Origin: Hormiphora californensis
Taxonomy: Eukaryota; Animalia; Ctenophora
DNA length: 64,000 nt
Assembly: GCA_020137815.1 (NCBI GenBank)
Contig: CM035360.1
Coordinates: 5,642,001-5,706,000 of the forward strand
Direction: 5' to 3'
This document shows, piece by piece, positions 62,831-64,000 of this stretch. A program made the position numbers and the translations under genes. Every line of letters starts with the position of its first letter. The first letter of the stretch is position 1. Below the pieces are notes generated by a model, which saw only the letters and a list, made by a program, of their open reading frames with translations, was not told where the DNA came from and did no database searches.

Positions 62831-63987
62831 TTTTGGAGGAGAATGCAGACCAGGATGATGACCAGGATCTTATCTACGAGGCTCGGTCCATGTCCCCACC
62901 CCTAGTATCGACCCCTCCTGTACGGAGAAAGACTCTCGCTGCAACCCAGTTCTCTCCCATACGTGGAGGAGGAGGAGGGGACCTGATGGGGGCATCTTCA
63001 CCGGTCCAAGTTGGGTTCAAACCCATCTCATCAACACGGTAATTATTGGTAGTGGCACAATCATGGTCTTGTTGAGTCACACTTATTAACTATCTGGTAG
63101 TAATTAACCTCACATTTTAGGGAGCTAGTCGCTGCCTCACCTCCCAGACATCTGGTACATGCCCTGACCCCAAAACTACGGACCCCTGTCCAAAGTCCCA
63201 TCCAAGAGCGTATAATGGCTGTGGAGACGATGCTGTGTGAGCTTTCTTTGAAAATGGATAACCTTGCTAGTACCGCCGGAAGCTTCAACAAACGGAAATC
63301 CATACGAATCGGTAATTCTTCCATAATGAACGTCTACCGAGTCTTTATACTTATGTGAATATATCGATCATTCCAACACAGCCGGCTAAAGATTAAAAAC
63401 CAGCATTTTCAGGTGTTTCTAGAAGGACCACGATATCAGATAGATCCATCGCAAAGGAGCAAAGCCATATTAGGACGGAGCTATCTCGGATTTCTCTACG
63501 ACTATCTCACCTGTCACGCGATGTTAAACACTTGAAAAGGTAATTTTTATATCCAATTCTATCAACTATAGACCGCTTTAGACCCCGTAAACTTGAAGTT
63601 GAAGCAGAAGATGACATGTTGACCTCCATCAACCCCTGTGAGGTGGAAAATGACATTATGTTTTGAAAAGCCATCAAAATAACCCATCCCATTCTGTGAA
63701 AGCTAACTCTATTGACAGACCCCCTAGATTAGTTAGACTATTTGATAAGGGTGACTATGAGAGTATGACTACTGATCTTAGTATCATTGACTGGTGTGAT
63801 GTTTTCGGTGACGACATGGATGCTAACTGGAAACAGCTTCTGTGCTATCACGATAAACTCATTGACAAGTACATTCCTACAAAGAAAGTTAAGGCCTCTT
63901 CTTGTCATCTCTGGTCTGGCACAGATTGTGACAGAGCAAAGGAAACGCAAGGAGGCTCTTGTGACAAAGCTAAGACCTCTGGTCTGA
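62831..63987 (+). CDS. Multi-exon gene of unknown function (Ser/Pro-rich and coiled-coil-like exons; 5' end unresolved)
   Basis: Frame-compatible GT-AG exons ~62831-63038, 63121-63310, 63413-63538, 63582-63637, and possibly a last exon ending 63987. Confidence 0.5.
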
Positions 63988-64000
63988 GTGCTGACTGGGA

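Overview
Gene-dense, intron-rich eukaryotic DNA, most likely a ctenophore (Pleurobrachia-like). That assignment is inference from the repeat families, the lineage-style secreted domains and the nested-gene layout. Bases 1-~2830 look like error-rich, low-quality assembly. The + strand carries a tightly packed run of conserved genes: CHMP1, AARSD1/AlaX, BTB-BACK-Kelch, enoyl-CoA hydratase, SAM methyltransferase, EXOC8/Exo84, GH35 beta-galactosidase, a frameshifted GPCR and an unknown gene. Secreted or regulatory genes sit inside or between them, mostly antisense: Cys-rich/crystallin/kringle, a sushi-domain protein, a C-type lectin, two papain-ShKT proteases and a homeobox gene. An intronless, soluble IRE1/RNase L-like kinase-RNase lies on the same strand inside an AARSD1 intron. 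Highlights: (1) two pairs of duplicated, apparently mutually exclusive exons that swap active-site segments of the beta-galactosidase; (2) tandem duplications built from splice junctions at more than ten introns; (3) the sensorless non-RD kinase-KEN gene; (4) papain-galectin-ShKT and Cys-rich-crystallin-kringle architectures; (5) a LINE that appears to supply a splice acceptor, a hammerhead-bearing inverted retroelement, Chapaev-like and Kolobok-like foldback elements, and a palindromic footprint that knocks out the GPCR. Exon boundaries were read by eye and need RNA-seq confirmation.
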